A stretch of 62,279 bases of DNA, from assembly GCA_036399815.1 (NCBI GenBank), contig DASWMK010000043.1, positions 1 to 62,279 of the forward strand. Reading direction: 5' to 3'. A program made the translations under genes and the position numbers. The notes under the pieces are model-generated. The model saw nothing but the letters and a program-made list of their open reading frames with translations. It searched no databases and was not told the DNA's origin. The DNA is from Acidimicrobiales bacterium. Its GTDB lineage: Bacteria; Actinomycetota; Acidimicrobiia; Acidimicrobiales; DASWMK01. This document shows, in pieces, positions 53,466-62,059 of this stretch. Positions within the stretch are counted from its first letter, which is position 1; each line of letters starts with the position of its first letter.

Positions 53466-55313
53466 CTACAGGTACTGGCCCGTCGCCACCCGCTCGATGG
53501 CCCGGCCGCCGGCCGCCGCCTCGGCGTCCGAGGAGATGAGCGTGCGCACGTAGACGATGCGCTCGCCCTTCTTGCCGGAGATCTTCGCCCAGTCGTCCGG
53601 GTTGGTGGTGTTCGGGAGGTCCTCGTGCTCCTTGTACTCCTGGTGGATCGAGGCGATCAGGTCCTCGGTCCCCACGCCGGGCGTGCCGGCCGCGATCTCC
53701 CGCTTGATGGCGAGCTTCTTCGCCCGCCGCACGATGTTCTCGATCATGGCTCCGGACGAGAAGTCCTTGAAGTACATGATCTCCTTGTCACCGTTCTGGT
53801 AGGTGACCTCGAGGAAGCGGTTCTTCTCGTCGGCCCGGTACATCTCGGCCACGGTCCGCTCGATCATCACCTCCACGGCCTTCCCGCGGTCCCCGCCGCC
53901 CAGGCGCCGCACCTCGTCCTCGTCGAGGGGGAGGTCGGTCGTCAGGTAGCGGGAGAAGATCTGGGCGGCGGCGTCCTCGTCCGGCCGCTCGATCTTGATC
54001 TTCACGTCGAGGCGACCGGGGCGCAGGATGGCCGGGTCGATCAGGTCCTCGCGGTTCGAGGCGCCGATCACGATGACGTTCTTCAGGGTCTCGACGCCGT
54101 CGATCTCGGCCAGCAGCTGCGGGACGATCGTCGACTCCATGTCCGAGCTGATCCCGGTGCCGCGGGTGCGGAACAGCGAGTCCATCTCGTCGAAGAAGAC
54201 GATGACCGGCCAGCCCTCCTCGGACTTCTCCCTCGCCCGCTGGAACACGAGGCGGATCTGGCGCTCGGTCTCCCCGACGTACTTGTTGAGGAGCTCGGGG
54301 CCCTTGATGTTGAGGAAGTAGGAGCGGGCCTCCTTGTCCCCCGACACCTCGGCCACCTTCTTCGCCAGGCTGTTGGCGACGGCCTTGGCGATGAGGGTCT
54401 TGCCGCAGCCCGGCGGGCCGTACAGGAGGATGCCCTTCGGCGCCGGCAGCTTGTAGCGGGAGAACAGGCGCTGGTGGACGAACGGGAGCTCGACCGCGTC
54501 CATGATCTGCTCGATCTGGTTGTCGAGGCCGCCGACGTCCGCGTAGGAGATGTCCGGCACCTCCTCGAGCACCAGCTCCTCGACCTCCGGCCGGGGCAGG
54601 CGCTCGAGCAGCAGGCCGGAGCGGGCGTCCATGAGCACGGTGTCGCCGGCCCTGAGGTGCTCGTCGCGCAGCTCGTCGGCCAGCTCGACCACCCGCTCCT
54701 CGTCGGCCCGGCCGACGATCAGCGCCCGCTGGCCGTCCTCCAGCAGCTCCTTCAGCGTGACGACCTCGCCGGAGATCTCCCGGCCGCGGGCCATGACGAC
54801 GTTCAGCGACTCGTTGAGGACCACCTCGGCGCCCCGGATCAGCTCCTCCGCCTCGATCTCGGGGTGGACGGCGACGCGCATCTTGCGGCCGCCGGAGAAC
54901 ACGTCGACGGTGCCGTCCTCGTTGCGGCCGAGCAGGGTGCCGTACGCCGACGGCGGCTGGGTGAGCTTCTCGACCTCCTCGCGGAGGGCGGCGATGTGCT
55001 CCCGCGCCTCGCGGAGGGTGTAGGTCAGCTTCTCGTTCTGGGACACGGCCTGGGCCAGCTGCCCCTTGGTCTCCAGCAGCCGCTCCTCGAGGGTGCGCAC
55101 CCGCTTCGGCGCGTCCTGGAGGCGGCGCCGGAGGGCGATCACCTCTTCCTCCAACGCCTTGGACTGCTCGCGGAGCTCGGCCATCTCCGACTCGTAGGCG
55201 CTGAGCCGGCGCTCGTACTCGGCCTGGTTGACGGCGACCACCTCCCTTCGTCGGTCGGACGATACACCGGCCCCTCCGCAACCGCGCGGAGCGGGCGGTG
55301 TCTCGCAGGTCAC
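53466..55313 (-). CDS. mpa: proteasome-associated AAA ATPase Mpa/ARC
   Basis: 615 aa. Coiled coil, OB domains, Walker A GPPGCGKT, Walker [10 protein letters not shown]. The C-terminus is ...ATGQYL (proteasome-docking GQYL). The exact start is uncertain. Confidence 0.95.
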   Translation of the reverse strand: MTCETPPAPRGCGGAGVSSDRRREVVAVNQAEYERRLSAYESEMAELREQSKALEEEVIALRRRLQDAPKRVRTLEERLLETKGQLAQAVSQNEKLTYTLREAREHIAALREEVEKLTQPPSAYGTLLGRNEDGTVDVFSGGRKMRVAVHPEIEAEELIRGAEVVLNESLNVVMARGREISGEVVTLKELLEDGQRALIVGRADEERVVELADELRDEHLRAGDTVLMDARSGLLLERLPRPEVEELVLEEVPDISYADVGGLDNQIEQIMDAVELPFVHQRLFSRYKLPAPKGILLYGPPGCGKTLIAKAVANSLAKKVAEVSGDKEARSYFLNIKGPELLNKYVGETERQIRLVFQRAREKSEEGWPVIVFFDEMDSLFRTRGTGISSDMESTIVPQLLAEIDGVETLKNVIVIGASNREDLIDPAILRPGRLDVKIKIERPDEDAAAQIFSRYLTTDLPLDEDEVRRLGGGDRGKAVEVMIERTVAEMYRADEKNRFLEVTYQNGDKEIMYFKDFSSGAMIENIVRRAKKLAIKREIAAGTPGVGTEDLIASIHQEYKEHEDLPNTTNPDDWAKISGKKGERIVYVRTLISSDAEAAAGGRAIERVATGQYL

Positions 55314-55406
55314 GGTTTAGCGTGCCGTTGGTGCTCGTTTCGCGCGCCCTTGGGGGGGCGGGTGCGACGGTGGGCGGCGGACGTCGGATGAGCCGAGGGA
55401 GCAGCC

Positions 55407-55640
55407 GTGAAGGTGTGGATCGATCAGGACCTGTGCACGGGGGCGGGGATCTGCGAGGACCTCGCGCCGGGGATCATCGCCATGGGCGAGGACGGCCTCG
55501 CGTACGTCGTGGCGGACGGGCAGGTGCTCACCACCCCGGGCGGGCAGGCGAGCATGGCCGTCGTGCCGGCCGGGCAGGAGGAAGCGGTGATCGAGGCCGC
55601 CGAGCAGTGCCCGGCGGAGTGCATCTACCTCGAGCTCTGA
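55407..55640 (+). CDS. small ferredoxin (single-cluster Cx2Gx2C...CP type), copy 1
   Basis: 77 aa. Begins MKVWIDQDLCTGAGICEDLAP and ends EQCPAECIYLEL. GAGGGAG SD. Confidence 0.85.
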   Translation: MKVWIDQDLCTGAGICEDLAPGIIAMGEDGLAYVVADGQVLTTPGGQASMAVVPAGQEEAVIEAAEQCPAECIYLEL

Positions 55641-55728
55641 CTTTCACCGGTCGCTGCCGGGTTTATTGGTCTCGGCTGCTAGCCTGGTCGGCGATCGCCC
55701 ACCACGCTCACGGAAGGCGCACCAGGAC

Positions 55729-55965
55729 ATGAAGGTCTGGATCGACCAGGATCTCTGCACCGGCGACGGCCTCTGCGAGGAGATCGCCCCCGACGTGTTC
55801 ACCCTGCTCGACGACGGCCTCGCCTACGTCAAGGAGGGGGCCAAGGTCTTCTCCGACCCGGGCGGCGCCGAGGGCCTGGCCGTCGTTCCCGCCGGCCAGG
55901 AGGAGGCGGTCATCGAGGCCGCCGAGGAGTGCCCCGGCGAGTGCATCTTCATCGAGGTCGAGTAG
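55729..55965 (+). CDS. small ferredoxin, copy 2 (tandem paralogue)
   Basis: 78 aa from ATG 55729. Begins MKVWIDQDLCTGDGLCEEIAP and ends EECPGECIFIEVE. Confidence 0.85.
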   Translation: MKVWIDQDLCTGDGLCEEIAPDVFTLLDDGLAYVKEGAKVFSDPGGAEGLAVVPAGQEEAVIEAAEECPGECIFIEVE

Positions 55966-55999
55966 CACCCGAGCGCTGACCCGGCGCGAGGACGCCGAC

Positions 56000-56023
56000 G
56001 GGGCCCGCCGCGAGGCGGGCCTC
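56000..56023. terminator. candidate bidirectional stem-loop terminator between convergent genes
   Basis: GGGCCCGCC-GCGA-GGCGGGCCT: 9-11 bp G/C stem with a GNRA tetraloop and no U-tract. It lies between the ferredoxin 2 stop and the MarP-like stop. Confidence 0.35.
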
Positions 56024-56060
56024 GCCGCGTCCGGGCCGGGTGGCGGCGCGGTGAGGCGGG

Positions 56061-57227
56061 TCAGGCGAGGCAGCTGCCGGTCTCGACCGGCGTGCCGGCG
56101 TTGGCGGAGAGGACCTCGCGGAGCTCGCCGGTGGTGAGCGCGTAGGCCACGCCGGGCTGGTCGGGGGCGATGGCGAAGGCCACGCCGACGACCTCGCCGG
56201 CGGGGTCGACGAGGGCGGCGCCCGAGTCGCCGGGGCGGAGGCGGGCGGCGAGGAACAGCACGTCCCGGGTCGTGCGGCGCTGGCCGTAGATGTCCCGGCC
56301 GGTCGCCGTCACCTGGCGGCCGACCTCGAAGGGGGTCAGGGCCAGCGGGCCGCCGCCGGGGTGGCCGAACACGGCGCCCCGGTCGCCCACCTCGGCGTCG
56401 CCGATGGGCAGCGCCGGCCGGTCGAGGCCCGGTGCGAACAGCAGGGCGAGGTCCCGCTCGGCGTCGAAGGCGACCACCTCGGCGTCCACCATCGTGCCGT
56501 CGTTGCGCTCGACGGTCGTCTCGTCCTCGCCCGCCACGACGTGGGCGTTGGTGGCCACCAGCTGGTCGCCGACCACGAACCCGCTGCCGTCCTGGATGCG
56601 GGCGCAGGCCACGCCCTCGACCTTCACCGTCGACGCGCTCACCGCCAGCGCCAGCTGCTCGCTCAGCCCGCTCTCCGACGGCGGCGGGCCGAGGTCGGGG
56701 GTCGGGCGGAGGGCGTCGAAGACCTGCGGGAAGCGGTCGTCGTCGACCAGCTGGCGGAGGGTCTGGAGGGCGTCGGGGGCGGGCGGCAGCACGCCGTCCA
56801 CCACCCGGCCGAGCACCGAGTTCCTCGCCTGCTCGGCCGGCCACTCGGGGATGTCGGCCATGGCCGGCAGCAGCAGCCACACGGCCGCGGCCACGCCGAC
56901 CAGCCCGGCCGCCGCCCCGCCGACCTTGTCGACCGTGCGGGCCGCCCCGCCGGGCAGGGCGAGGTGGAGCCGGTTGCCGACCACGAGCCCGAGGGCCTGG
57001 CCGAGGAAGGCGCCGACGACGAGCACGGCGGCCGCGGCGAGCAGCAGGCGCACGCCGGCGACGTCGGCCCACACCTCGAGCAGCCACGGCAGCACCACCT
57101 GGCTGCCGAGCACCAGGCCGCCGGCCATGCCGAGCCACGACGTCGCCCTCGCCGTGAAGCCGAGGCGCCAGCCGCCGACGGCGGCGCTGACGCCGGTGAG
57201 GGCGATGACGAGGTCGAGGGTGTTCAC
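56061..57227 (-). CDS. CvpA-domain membrane-anchored trypsin-like serine protease (MarP-like)
   Basis: 388 aa from GTG 57227. Four TM helices, then the catalytic triad context TNAHVV, DLALL, GDSGAALV. Confidence 0.8.
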   Translation of the reverse strand: MNTLDLVIALTGVSAAVGGWRLGFTARATSWLGMAGGLVLGSQVVLPWLLEVWADVAGVRLLLAAAAVLVVGAFLGQALGLVVGNRLHLALPGGAARTVDKVGGAAAGLVGVAAAVWLLLPAMADIPEWPAEQARNSVLGRVVDGVLPPAPDALQTLRQLVDDDRFPQVFDALRPTPDLGPPPSESGLSEQLALAVSASTVKVEGVACARIQDGSGFVVGDQLVATNAHVVAGEDETTVERNDGTMVDAEVVAFDAERDLALLFAPGLDRPALPIGDAEVGDRGAVFGHPGGGPLALTPFEVGRQVTATGRDIYGQRRTTRDVLFLAARLRPGDSGAALVDPAGEVVGVAFAIAPDQPGVAYALTTGELREVLSANAGTPVETGSCLA

Positions 57228-57238
57228 ACCGGCCGGCG

Positions 57239-58012
57239 TCAGCCGCCGAGCAGCCGGGCGGAGGTGAGGAAGCCGGTGTGGGCCACCATGCGGTGGTCGG
57301 GGCGGACGGACTGGCCCTCGACGTGCCAGGTGCGCAGCAGCACCTCGACGGTCTCGGCCATGGCGAAGGCGCTGCCGTCGAGGGCCTCCCGCAGCGAGGC
57401 GACCTGGAGGATGGTGGGCGTGTAGGCGACGAGGATGCCGCCCGGGTGCAGCGCCCGCTCGGCGTGCTTGACCACCTGCCACGGCTCGGGCAGGTCGAGG
57501 ACGATCCGGTCGAGGCCCGCCTCCTCGATGCCGGCGTAGGCGTCGCGCACCTCGACGCGGTAGCGGGACAGCGCCTCCTCGCCGAGGAAGGCGGCGACGT
57601 TGGCCGTCGCCCGCGCCGCGAAGTCCTCCCGCAGCTCGTAGCCGACGACGTCGGCGCCGGCCCGCAGGAGGGTCATCGACAGGGCGCCGGACCCGACCCC
57701 CGACTCGAGCACCCGCGCCCCGGGGAACACGTCGGCGAGCAGCAGCAGCGGGCCGAGGTCCTTCGGGTAGATGACCTGCGCGCCCCGCGGCATCTTCAGC
57801 ACGAAGTCCGACAGGGTCGGCCGGAAGGCGGTGAACCGGCTGCCCCTCGTGGAGCGCACCGTCACCCCCTCCTCGCGGCCGATCAGCTCGTCGTGGCCGA
57901 CGACGCCGGTGTGGGAGTGGAACTCGCCGCCGTCGGCCAGGGTGACGAGGTAGCGCCGCTGCTTGGCGTCGAGGAGCAGCACCTTCTCCCCCGCCCGGAA
58001 GGGCCGGCTCAT
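57239..58012 (-). CDS. trmI: tRNA (adenine58-N1)-methyltransferase TrmI
   Basis: 257 aa. SAM motif VLESGVGSGALS plus DLPEPW. ATGA overlap with the upstream gene. Confidence 0.85.
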   Translation of the reverse strand: MSRPFRAGEKVLLLDAKQRRYLVTLADGGEFHSHTGVVGHDELIGREEGVTVRSTRGSRFTAFRPTLSDFVLKMPRGAQVIYPKDLGPLLLLADVFPGARVLESGVGSGALSMTLLRAGADVVGYELREDFAARATANVAAFLGEEALSRYRVEVRDAYAGIEEAGLDRIVLDLPEPWQVVKHAERALHPGGILVAYTPTILQVASLREALDGSAFAMAETVEVLLRTWHVEGQSVRPDHRMVAHTGFLTSARLLGG

Positions 58013-58911
58013 CGCGCCGCCCTGACCACCAGCCGGCAGAACGCGCACACGTCCCCGGTCGTCGGCGACCCGCACGACGAGCACGGCCGCAGGCCCTCCT
58101 GCTCGGCCTCCGCCTCGGCCGTGAACCGGGACGACGCCCTGGCCAGGAAGCCGAAGTAGAACTCGTGCTTGGACCCCGGCGAAGTCGCCTCGATGGCGTT
58201 GAGCGCCTCCTTGTAGCCGAGGTGGCGGTTGCCGGCCGCCATCGGGCACTCCTCGACCTGGTAGTCGATGCCCTTCAGCACGCAGTAGGCGGCGAGCTCG
58301 CGCTCGGCCAGGCGGACGAGCGGCTTCACCTTTCGCACGAACCCCGGCCGGGCCGGCAGCACGGGCAGCTGGCGGCCGAGGTACTCGGTGTTCCAGCGCA
58401 GCACGTTGCCGAGCAGGACGGCGGCCTCGTCGTCGAGGTTGTGGCCGGTGACGACCACGTCGTAGCCGCCGTCGACCGCGGCCGAGTTGAACAGGTGCCG
58501 CTTCGAGAGGCCGCAGGCCGAGCACGGCGCCCGCTTCGCCGCCCGGGAACCGGTCGGGATGTCGAAGCCGTGGTCGACGGGCAGGTCGACCTCGACCAGC
58601 TTCGCCCCCCGCCGGTCGGCGTAGGCCCTGGCGTAGCGCCCCGACTCGTCGCTGTAGTCGCCGATGCCGAGGCCGAGGTAGAGGCCGTCGGCGTCGTGGC
58701 CGAGGTCGAGGAGGATGTCCCAGACGGCCAGGGAGTCCTTGCCCCCCGAGACGGCGACGAGCACCCGCTCCCCCGGCCGGATCATGTCGAAGTCCTCGAC
58801 GGCCCTCGCCACCTGGTCGCGGCACAGGCGCAGGAAGTGCTCGACGCAGAAGTTGGCGTTGTGGCGCCGGACGTCGATGACCGCCGGCTCGCGGCACACC
58901 CGGCACTTCAC
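58009..58911 (-). CDS. ttuA: TtuA/Ncs6-type PP-loop tRNA 2-thiolation enzyme
   Basis: 300 aa from GTG 58911. N-terminal Zn finger CRVC...FCVEH, PP-loop SGGKDS, Fe-S ligand Cys pattern PCSACG...ECP, and C-terminal Zn finger CSSCG...CAFC. Confidence 0.75.
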   Translation of the reverse strand: MKCRVCREPAVIDVRRHNANFCVEHFLRLCRDQVARAVEDFDMIRPGERVLVAVSGGKDSLAVWDILLDLGHDADGLYLGLGIGDYSDESGRYARAYADRRGAKLVEVDLPVDHGFDIPTGSRAAKRAPCSACGLSKRHLFNSAAVDGGYDVVVTGHNLDDEAAVLLGNVLRWNTEYLGRQLPVLPARPGFVRKVKPLVRLAERELAAYCVLKGIDYQVEECPMAAGNRHLGYKEALNAIEATSPGSKHEFYFGFLARASSRFTAEAEAEQEGLRPCSSCGSPTTGDVCAFCRLVVRAAR

Positions 58912-59108
58912 GTCGAGCCCCCCGAGATCACGGGCCGGATCTCGACGGTGTCGCCGTCCTCGAGGGTGGCGTCGCCGGGGACGAGCGTGCCGTCGCGGAT
59001 GACGAGCACGGTCTCCCGGTTGAGCTCGAGCCGGTCGAGGAGGGCCAGCACGCGCACGGGACCGGCGACCTCGAGCTCGCGACGGGGGTTGCGGAGGACG
59101 ACCTTCAC
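58908..59108 (-). CDS. ThiS/MoaD/TtuB-like ubiquitin-fold sulfur-carrier protein ending GG-ST
   Basis: 66 aa. Begins [14 protein letters not shown] and ends [20 protein letters not shown] overlap with the ttuA-like gene. Confidence 0.7.
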   Translation of the reverse strand: MKVVLRNPRRELEVAGPVRVLALLDRLELNRETVLVIRDGTLVPGDATLEDGDTVEIRPVISGGST

Positions 59109-59157
59109 GGGTCCCCATGATGACGCGGGACGCCGCCCGCGCCGCTTCGCTCGGCCG

Positions 59158-59367
59158 TCAGTCGGTCGGCACCCGCCCGTGGGCGATCACGAGCGTCTCC
59201 CCCGGCTTCAGCTCCTGGGTGAGCAGGGTCTTCGGCGTGGGGTCGGTCAGGCGCTTGAAGATGCGCCAGCCGGTCTGGAGGCCGAACACCGCCATCCAGA
59301 ACCGGCTCCCGCCGAGGAGGCCGCGCTGGACGGCCCGCAGCCGGACGAGCCGGCGCAGGAAGGTCAC
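59158..59367 (-). CDS. small hypothetical protein
   Basis: 69 aa. One hydrophobic segment. Starts 1 nt after the upstream stop. Confidence 0.4.
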   Translation of the reverse strand: MTFLRRLVRLRAVQRGLLGGSRFWMAVFGLQTGWRIFKRLTDPTPKTLLTQELKPGETLVIAHGRVPTD

Positions 59368-59368
59368 G

Positions 59369-59599
59369 TCAGAACCGCCGGACCTCGACGATCGTGGTCG
59401 CCTTGCGGCCCCGCCGCTTGCCGGTCCAGAAGGCGAGGCCCACGACGGCCACGGCCACCACGGCGCCGACGGCGATGGCGATCGTCCGCATCGACCCGGC
59501 CGCCTCGTCGACCTCGTCGCGGATCTCCCGGAACTTGGCCTCGATGTCGTCGCGGTCGATCCGCGTGTCGATCTTCCCCGCGCTGGTGCTGCCGGTCAT
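59369..59599 (-). CDS. small C-terminally anchored membrane protein
   Basis: 76 aa from ATG 59599 (ATGA overlap). A charged helix is followed by the TM segment IAIAVGAVVAVAVVGLAFW. Confidence 0.5.
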   Translation of the reverse strand: MTGSTSAGKIDTRIDRDDIEAKFREIRDEVDEAAGSMRTIAIAVGAVVAVAVVGLAFWTGKRRGRKATTIVEVRRF

Positions 59600-59916
59600 G
59601 TCCCGCTCCGCTTCGAGGAGATGGCCCGGACGGCGAGCCCGGCGACGGCGCCGGCGGCCACGAGCACGATCAGGTAGGGGACGAACGACCAGTTGCCGTC
59701 GAACGTGCTGCCCGTCTCCGTCTGAAGGGCCCGGAGGGCGGCGAGCACGAGGAGCGTGACGCCCACGCCGACGAGCAGCGACCCCGCCACCCCGAAGGCG
59801 ACGAAGCGGGCGAGGCCCTTCAGCGGCTCGACCGTCTCCTGGCGGGCGTAGTCGCGCAGCATGAGCCACAGCTCCTGCACGCTGCCCGGGAGGCTCTTCG
59901 ACGAGGTGTCCGGCAC
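59596..59916 (-). CDS. two-TM membrane protein (actinobacterial Holin-X/DUF1469-like)
   Basis: 106 aa with two long hydrophobic helices. Confidence 0.5.
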   Translation of the reverse strand: MPDTSSKSLPGSVQELWLMLRDYARQETVEPLKGLARFVAFGVAGSLLVGVGVTLLVLAALRALQTETGSTFDGNWSFVPYLIVLVAAGAVAGLAVRAISSKRSGT

Positions 59917-59947
59917 CGGCCCTTCCTATAACCGGCGCCTGTTCCGG

Positions 59948-60562
59948 TCAACCTCGGCGAAGCTGCGCGGTCAGCACCTCGGCCTGCTCGACGAGCTGGG
60001 CGGCGAGCAGGTCGAGCCGCTCGCTCGGCCCCGGGGCGGCGAGCAGGCGCTGCCGGTCGGCGGGGCCCACGGGGGCGACGGCGGCGGCCTGGAACGTGGC
60101 CAGGGCCGGGTCGGGCGACAGCTCGACGGTGGCCGGCGCGGCCGGGCGGCCGAGCTCGGCGGCGAGCGCGAGGACCCGCCGGAGGTCCCCGACGACCTCC
60201 CCGAGGCGGCCGTCGAGGTCGCCGCCGGCCGGGCCGTCCTCCCAGTCCTCCACCTCGGCCATCGGGTAGGGGTCGTCGGGCAGCCAGGAGGTGACGCGGA
60301 TGCGGCGGGTGCCGACGGCCGCCAGCACCCAGCGCCCGTCGTCCAGCTCGGACGCCTCGGCGATGCGGGCCACGCAGCCGACGTCGGTGCGGACGTCGCC
60401 GCCGCCGACCTCGGACCCCCGCTCGATGAGCACCACCCCGAACTCCCGGCCGCCGGCCAGGCAGTCCCGGGTCAGCGCCCGGTAGCGGGGCTCGAACACG
60501 TGGAGCGGCAGCACCACGGTCGGGAACAGCACCGTGCCGAGCGGGAACATCGGGAGGGGCAC
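59948..60562 (-). CDS. Lon protease N-terminal (substrate-binding) domain protein
   Basis: 204 aa. Begins MPLPMFPLGTVLFPTVVLPLHVFEPRYRAL. Confidence 0.8.
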   Translation of the reverse strand: MPLPMFPLGTVLFPTVVLPLHVFEPRYRALTRDCLAGGREFGVVLIERGSEVGGGDVRTDVGCVARIAEASELDDGRWVLAAVGTRRIRVTSWLPDDPYPMAEVEDWEDGPAGGDLDGRLGEVVGDLRRVLALAAELGRPAAPATVELSPDPALATFQAAAVAPVGPADRQRLLAAPGPSERLDLLAAQLVEQAEVLTAQLRRG

Positions 60563-60572
60563 GGGGCCGAGG

Positions 60573-62003
60573 CTAGGTGGGCGGGAGCGGAGCGACCTCG
60601 TCCGGCGACGGGCCCTGCGGGAAGGCGGCGAGCAGGGCGCCCAGCTGCTCGAAGAGGGCGTAGCCGCCCTCCTGGTCGAACTCGCCGTTCGACAGGAAGG
60701 CGAACGTGAGGTGGCCGCCGGCCGGGGTGTCGACGAACCCGGTCAGCCCGGTCACGCCGAGGAGCGTGCCGGTCTTGCCCCGCAGCACGCCCGCCGCCGG
60801 CGACCCGGCGAACCGCTCGGTGAGCGTCCCGTCCTCGGCGGCGACGGGCAGCGCCGAGGTGACCGGGGAGTCCGGGCCCTCCTCCTCGAGCAGCGAGACG
60901 AGCGTGGCGCACGTGACCCGGTTGCCCCGGTCGAGCCCCGAGCCGTCGGTGAGCGTCGTGCCGGCCATGGCCACCCCGGCGTCGGCCAGGGTCGCCGTAG
61001 CGGCCTGCACGCCGGCCGCCGTGGTGCCCGAGCCGGCGACCTCTCGGCCGAGCTCCTTCACCAGCAGCTCGGCCGACTCGTTGTCGCTGTCCCGCACCAT
61101 GTGGGCCACGACCTCGCCGAGCGGCAGCGACGGCAGCGTCGCCACCTCGGCCGCCCCGGCCGGCGCCGGGCCGGACGCCGGGTCGCCGGCCACCGTCACC
61201 CCCCGCTGCTCGAGCAGCTCGGTGAGGATGGCGGCCGCCGACCGGGCCGGGTCGGCCGACGGCGCCGGGTAGACCTCGTAGCCGTCGTTCACGGCGACGG
61301 CCGAGAGGGAGCCGACGTCGCCGCTGCCGAGGTAGCGCTCCGGCCAGGTCGGCACCGAGCGCAGGGCGTCGTAGCGGGAGTCGTCGCCCACCACCCGCCC
61401 GTCGATGCGGGTCACCGACTCGGCGATGCGGTCGGCCAGCTGCTCGACGGCCGTCCGGGGCCAGGGCTGGATCTCGAAGCGGGTGACGTAGTCCGGGGTG
61501 GCGAGGAGCGGGTCGCCCCCGCCGACCAGCCACAGGTCGCCGGCGACCACGCCGCCCTGGGGCGGGGCGGCGGCGACGGCCCGCGTGGTGAGCGTGGACG
61601 CCGGGTCGAGCACGTCGAGCACGGCCGCCGCGGTGAGCAGCTTCTGGGTCGACGCCGGGATCAGCGGCAGGTCGGGCTGGTGGGAGACGAGGCGGGGGCC
61701 GCCGGTGCGCTCGACGACGAGGCAGGTGGACGGGGGCGCCGACTGGAGGAACGAGAGGAGGGAGAGCTGGAGGGCGGTGTCGGCGACGGGGTCGACGAGG
61801 AAGCCGGGCACCCGGCGCACGGACAGGACCGGGGTGGCGAGGTGGGCGACGGCCTCGGGGCGCCCGCCGGCCGCGTCCGGCTCGGCCTCGGCCCGCACGG
61901 CGAGCACGGCGGCGACCACGGCCACGACGGCGAGGACGAGGGGAAGGCCGACCCGGCGCACGGCCGGCGAGGTTAGGTGGGCGGCCGCCCCGCCCGGTGG
62001 CAC
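60573..62003 (-). CDS. dacB: D-alanyl-D-alanine carboxypeptidase/endopeptidase (PBP4, S13 family)
   Basis: 476 aa. Signal/TM segment, SxxK (PASTQKLLT), SxN (DSDNESAE), and KTG (GKTGTL). Confidence 0.85.
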   Translation of the reverse strand: MPPGGAAAHLTSPAVRRVGLPLVLAVVAVVAAVLAVRAEAEPDAAGGRPEAVAHLATPVLSVRRVPGFLVDPVADTALQLSLLSFLQSAPPSTCLVVERTGGPRLVSHQPDLPLIPASTQKLLTAAAVLDVLDPASTLTTRAVAAAPPQGGVVAGDLWLVGGGDPLLATPDYVTRFEIQPWPRTAVEQLADRIAESVTRIDGRVVGDDSRYDALRSVPTWPERYLGSGDVGSLSAVAVNDGYEVYPAPSADPARSAAAILTELLEQRGVTVAGDPASGPAPAGAAEVATLPSLPLGEVVAHMVRDSDNESAELLVKELGREVAGSGTTAAGVQAATATLADAGVAMAGTTLTDGSGLDRGNRVTCATLVSLLEEEGPDSPVTSALPVAAEDGTLTERFAGSPAAGVLRGKTGTLLGVTGLTGFVDTPAGGHLTFAFLSNGEFDQEGGYALFEQLGALLAAFPQGPSPDEVAPLPPT

Positions 62004-62059
62004 CGGTCAAGGGACGGCGGGCCGGTGGGGCCGAGCGAGCGGGCCGGGCGGCCGGGGCG

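Noticed and set aside
59158-59916. Holin-X-like membrane protein cluster as a prophage lysis cassette
   Set aside because: There is no endolysin, terminase, capsid or integrase nearby. The genes sit in a housekeeping-looking operon. This family is widespread in actinobacterial chromosomes outside phages.
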